From Torpedo marmorata (taxonomy: Eukaryota), in assembly GCA_977017645.1 (NCBI GenBank), contig OZ360219.1:22692001-22756000 (forward strand): a DNA stretch of 64,000 bases. Reading direction: 5' to 3'. Both the position numbers and the translations under genes were made by a program. Positions within the stretch are counted from its first letter, which is position 1. Every line of letters starts with the position of its first letter. This document shows, one piece after another, positions 61,958 to 64,000 of the stretch. The notes beneath the pieces were generated by a model. The model had not been told where the DNA came from. It was given only the letters and a program-made list of their open reading frames with translations, and searched no databases.

Positions 61958-62285
61958 GATACATCTGCTTTACCACTTCCAACTTTAGTCTTGATAATAG
62001 GTCTGGACACAAAACGTGAACTGACCATTTCTATCATGGATGCTGCCTGACCTGCCAAGTTCCCACAGCTTTTCATTGATAGTAATAAAGTAGTATTATA
62101 AATATCACAATCAGAATTCAGCGCAGGTATGAATAGAAAGATCTGAAACATTGACAGACTGCAGATTGGTGTTGATCAAGTTGTTTTTGTTGATGTATGC
62201 ATTCACATAATTTAATTTATATTCATCTCCAATCACTGCAAAAGCTTGGTATGGTAGCATTCTGCAAAGTTCAGACATCTCTTAC

Positions 62286-62409
62286 CTGTAGATTTGTTTG
62301 AGGCTCTTCTCCTGATTTCTGTCACCATCAAGCGTGACACCTGGGCAGCAAACTGCAAAAGATCTGAAAATTTCTCAGTCATAGTGGCAGAGGGAGCATT
62401 TCCAAATAC
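62286..62409 (-). CDS. WDFY3: WDFY3 (Alfy) coding exon, 124 nt
   Basis: tttcag|GTA...ACA G|gtaag. Encodes VFGNAPSATMTEKFSDLLQFAAQVSRLMVTEIRRRASNKST, matching the vertebrate WDFY3 N-terminus. Ends in phase 1. Confidence 0.95.
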
Positions 62410-63517
62410 CTGAAAGATGGAGAAAAAGTGCAAATTTCAGAATGGATGAGACCTATATTTTGCAGGCAGTGTCAAAACACTTCTGAACTTTAAGAAGGTT
62501 ACCCAAAATAAATCTGGTGATCCCCATGGAAAGAATTTCACCTTTCCAGATTTTGTCCATTGTCAAGCATCAACTAGAGGGAATCTCTAACATCCATCAA
62601 CGGTTATGTCTTCATTCATGTTGAGCACTCAAATCCAATGAAAAATTCTTAGATTTAACATTTCATGAAATTACAAGGACATTTCTTAAATAGATGACTG
62701 GGAAAATTACAATTTACACTCAACATTATTTTCTCAGCGCACAGGAAATTTATGCATTTCAAGCAGCATTGCTAAATAAGAATAAAATGTTCCCAAATAT
62801 TTCACGTTGTGACCATTCCTCCGATTTCTGAAGATTATGCTGCAGATGTTGACTAAACAGCACTTACAATGGAAGAGCAGAAAATCACTGACAGAAACTT
62901 CTTGTTCTCTATATTTAACTGAACAGATGCATGTTCTGGGAGTTGCTGAATATTTCAGTGCTATGATGGTGAAAGCTGATGATTTCACCATCATTACAAT
63001 TGCAAAACCCAGACCAAACAAATTTTGAGCCAATGTGCATTAAAAGGAAAAATTAAATTTATCATTAATGATTCCCTTTCCTTGATCAATAATCTATTGC
63101 TTTATTCACAAGGTCTATTAATTAATTTCAGTTTGTGTGCATGCATATGATCACAAACTAATAGCTTTCTTAAACAACAATCATTCATGCCACAGAAATA
63201 AGATTGTATTAGAGATTTTAAAAGATAGCTACTACCACTTGTAATACCTCATTGTGCAAATAGTTTAGTAAAACTCCAATCATCCACTATCTGATTGTTT
63301 GGAAATATCAATAGTTCAGCACCTAGCTCCCAAGACCCATTTTTCTTGCTCCCTTTAAATACACTGGGGCCACCTTTCCCATGCTGCCTTTAGATTCACA
63401 GGGGACCTGCTTCCAGTTTTCCCTTCAAACTTACCTTTTAAGGTCATCAGGCCCCTTTCCCGTGCTGTCCTTAAACTCACTGGGTTCCTGCACTCCACAT
63501 AAACACATAGGTCATGC

Positions 63518-64000
63518 TTCAGATTTCAGATCTGTTGTCAGAGTACATACATGACATCACATACAACCGAGATTCTTTTTTCTGCGGGCCAGGCGGAATT
63601 ACCACTTATTGGTAGTGCGATAAAACTGTACACAGCGTATACATGTAAACAAATAAAGAACTGTAAATAGATAATGAATGTAAACAAACTGACTGTGCAA
63701 TAGAGAGAGAATAAAAAAAATCAATAAAGTGCACAAATAAGAGTTCTTAAATGAGTCCCTGATTGAGTTTGTTGTTGAGTCTGATGGTGGAGGGGTAGCA
63801 GCTGTTCCTGAACCTAGTGGTGCGAGTCTTGTGGAACCTATATCTCTTTCCTGATGGCAGCAGCGAAAACAGAGTGTGTGCTGGGTGGTGTGGATCCTTG
63901 ATGATTGCTGCTGCTCTCCGACGGCAGCGCTCCCTGTAGGTGATCTTGATAGTGGGGAGGGTTTTTCCTGTGATGTCCTGGGCTGTGTCCACTACCTTTT
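63518..64000 (-). mobile_element. Rex1/Babar-type LINE 3' end (continues beyond the window)
   Basis: IKDPHHPAHTLFSLLPSGKRY...FRNSCYPSTIRLN; same family as 18708-19165; tail (tctgaaa)2. Confidence 0.82.

Noticed and set aside
62640-63060. Possible conserved intronic element or short ORFs near the exon
   Set aside because: No recognisable motif or splice support; conservation cannot be assessed without alignments.

Overview
This is eukaryotic DNA, most likely a cartilaginous fish (inferred from the repeat types: V-SINE/HE1-like, Penelope tails, abundant L1/CR1/Rex). The window lies inside the 5' part of WDFY3 (Alfy) on the minus strand. Three consecutive coding exons (62286-62409, 39081-39190, 23528-23689) have canonical AG/GT ends and matching phases, and are separated by 15-23 kb introns largely filled with nested transposable elements. 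The elements are: a Gmr1-type Gypsy (IN before RT), two other Gypsy elements, a BEL/Pao LTR element, at least five L1 copies (one with a near-intact ORF2, one full-length, one 5'-inverted), Tx1, CR1, Rex1/Babar, four Penelope-like insertions carrying hammerhead-like motifs, Tc1, a near-intact DD35D pogo with its own MITE, and a Tigger-like MITE. The most unusual object is the BEL/Pao element at 40147-45961. It has both LTRs and an ATCAT TSD but no RT/RH/IN. In their place is a coiled-coil ORF resembling vertebrate MIPOL1, its Gag begins with an SLTM/SAFB-like SAP domain, and its leader lacks a tRNA PBS but is complementary to its own LTR. All homology calls are from memory of the families, not from searches.
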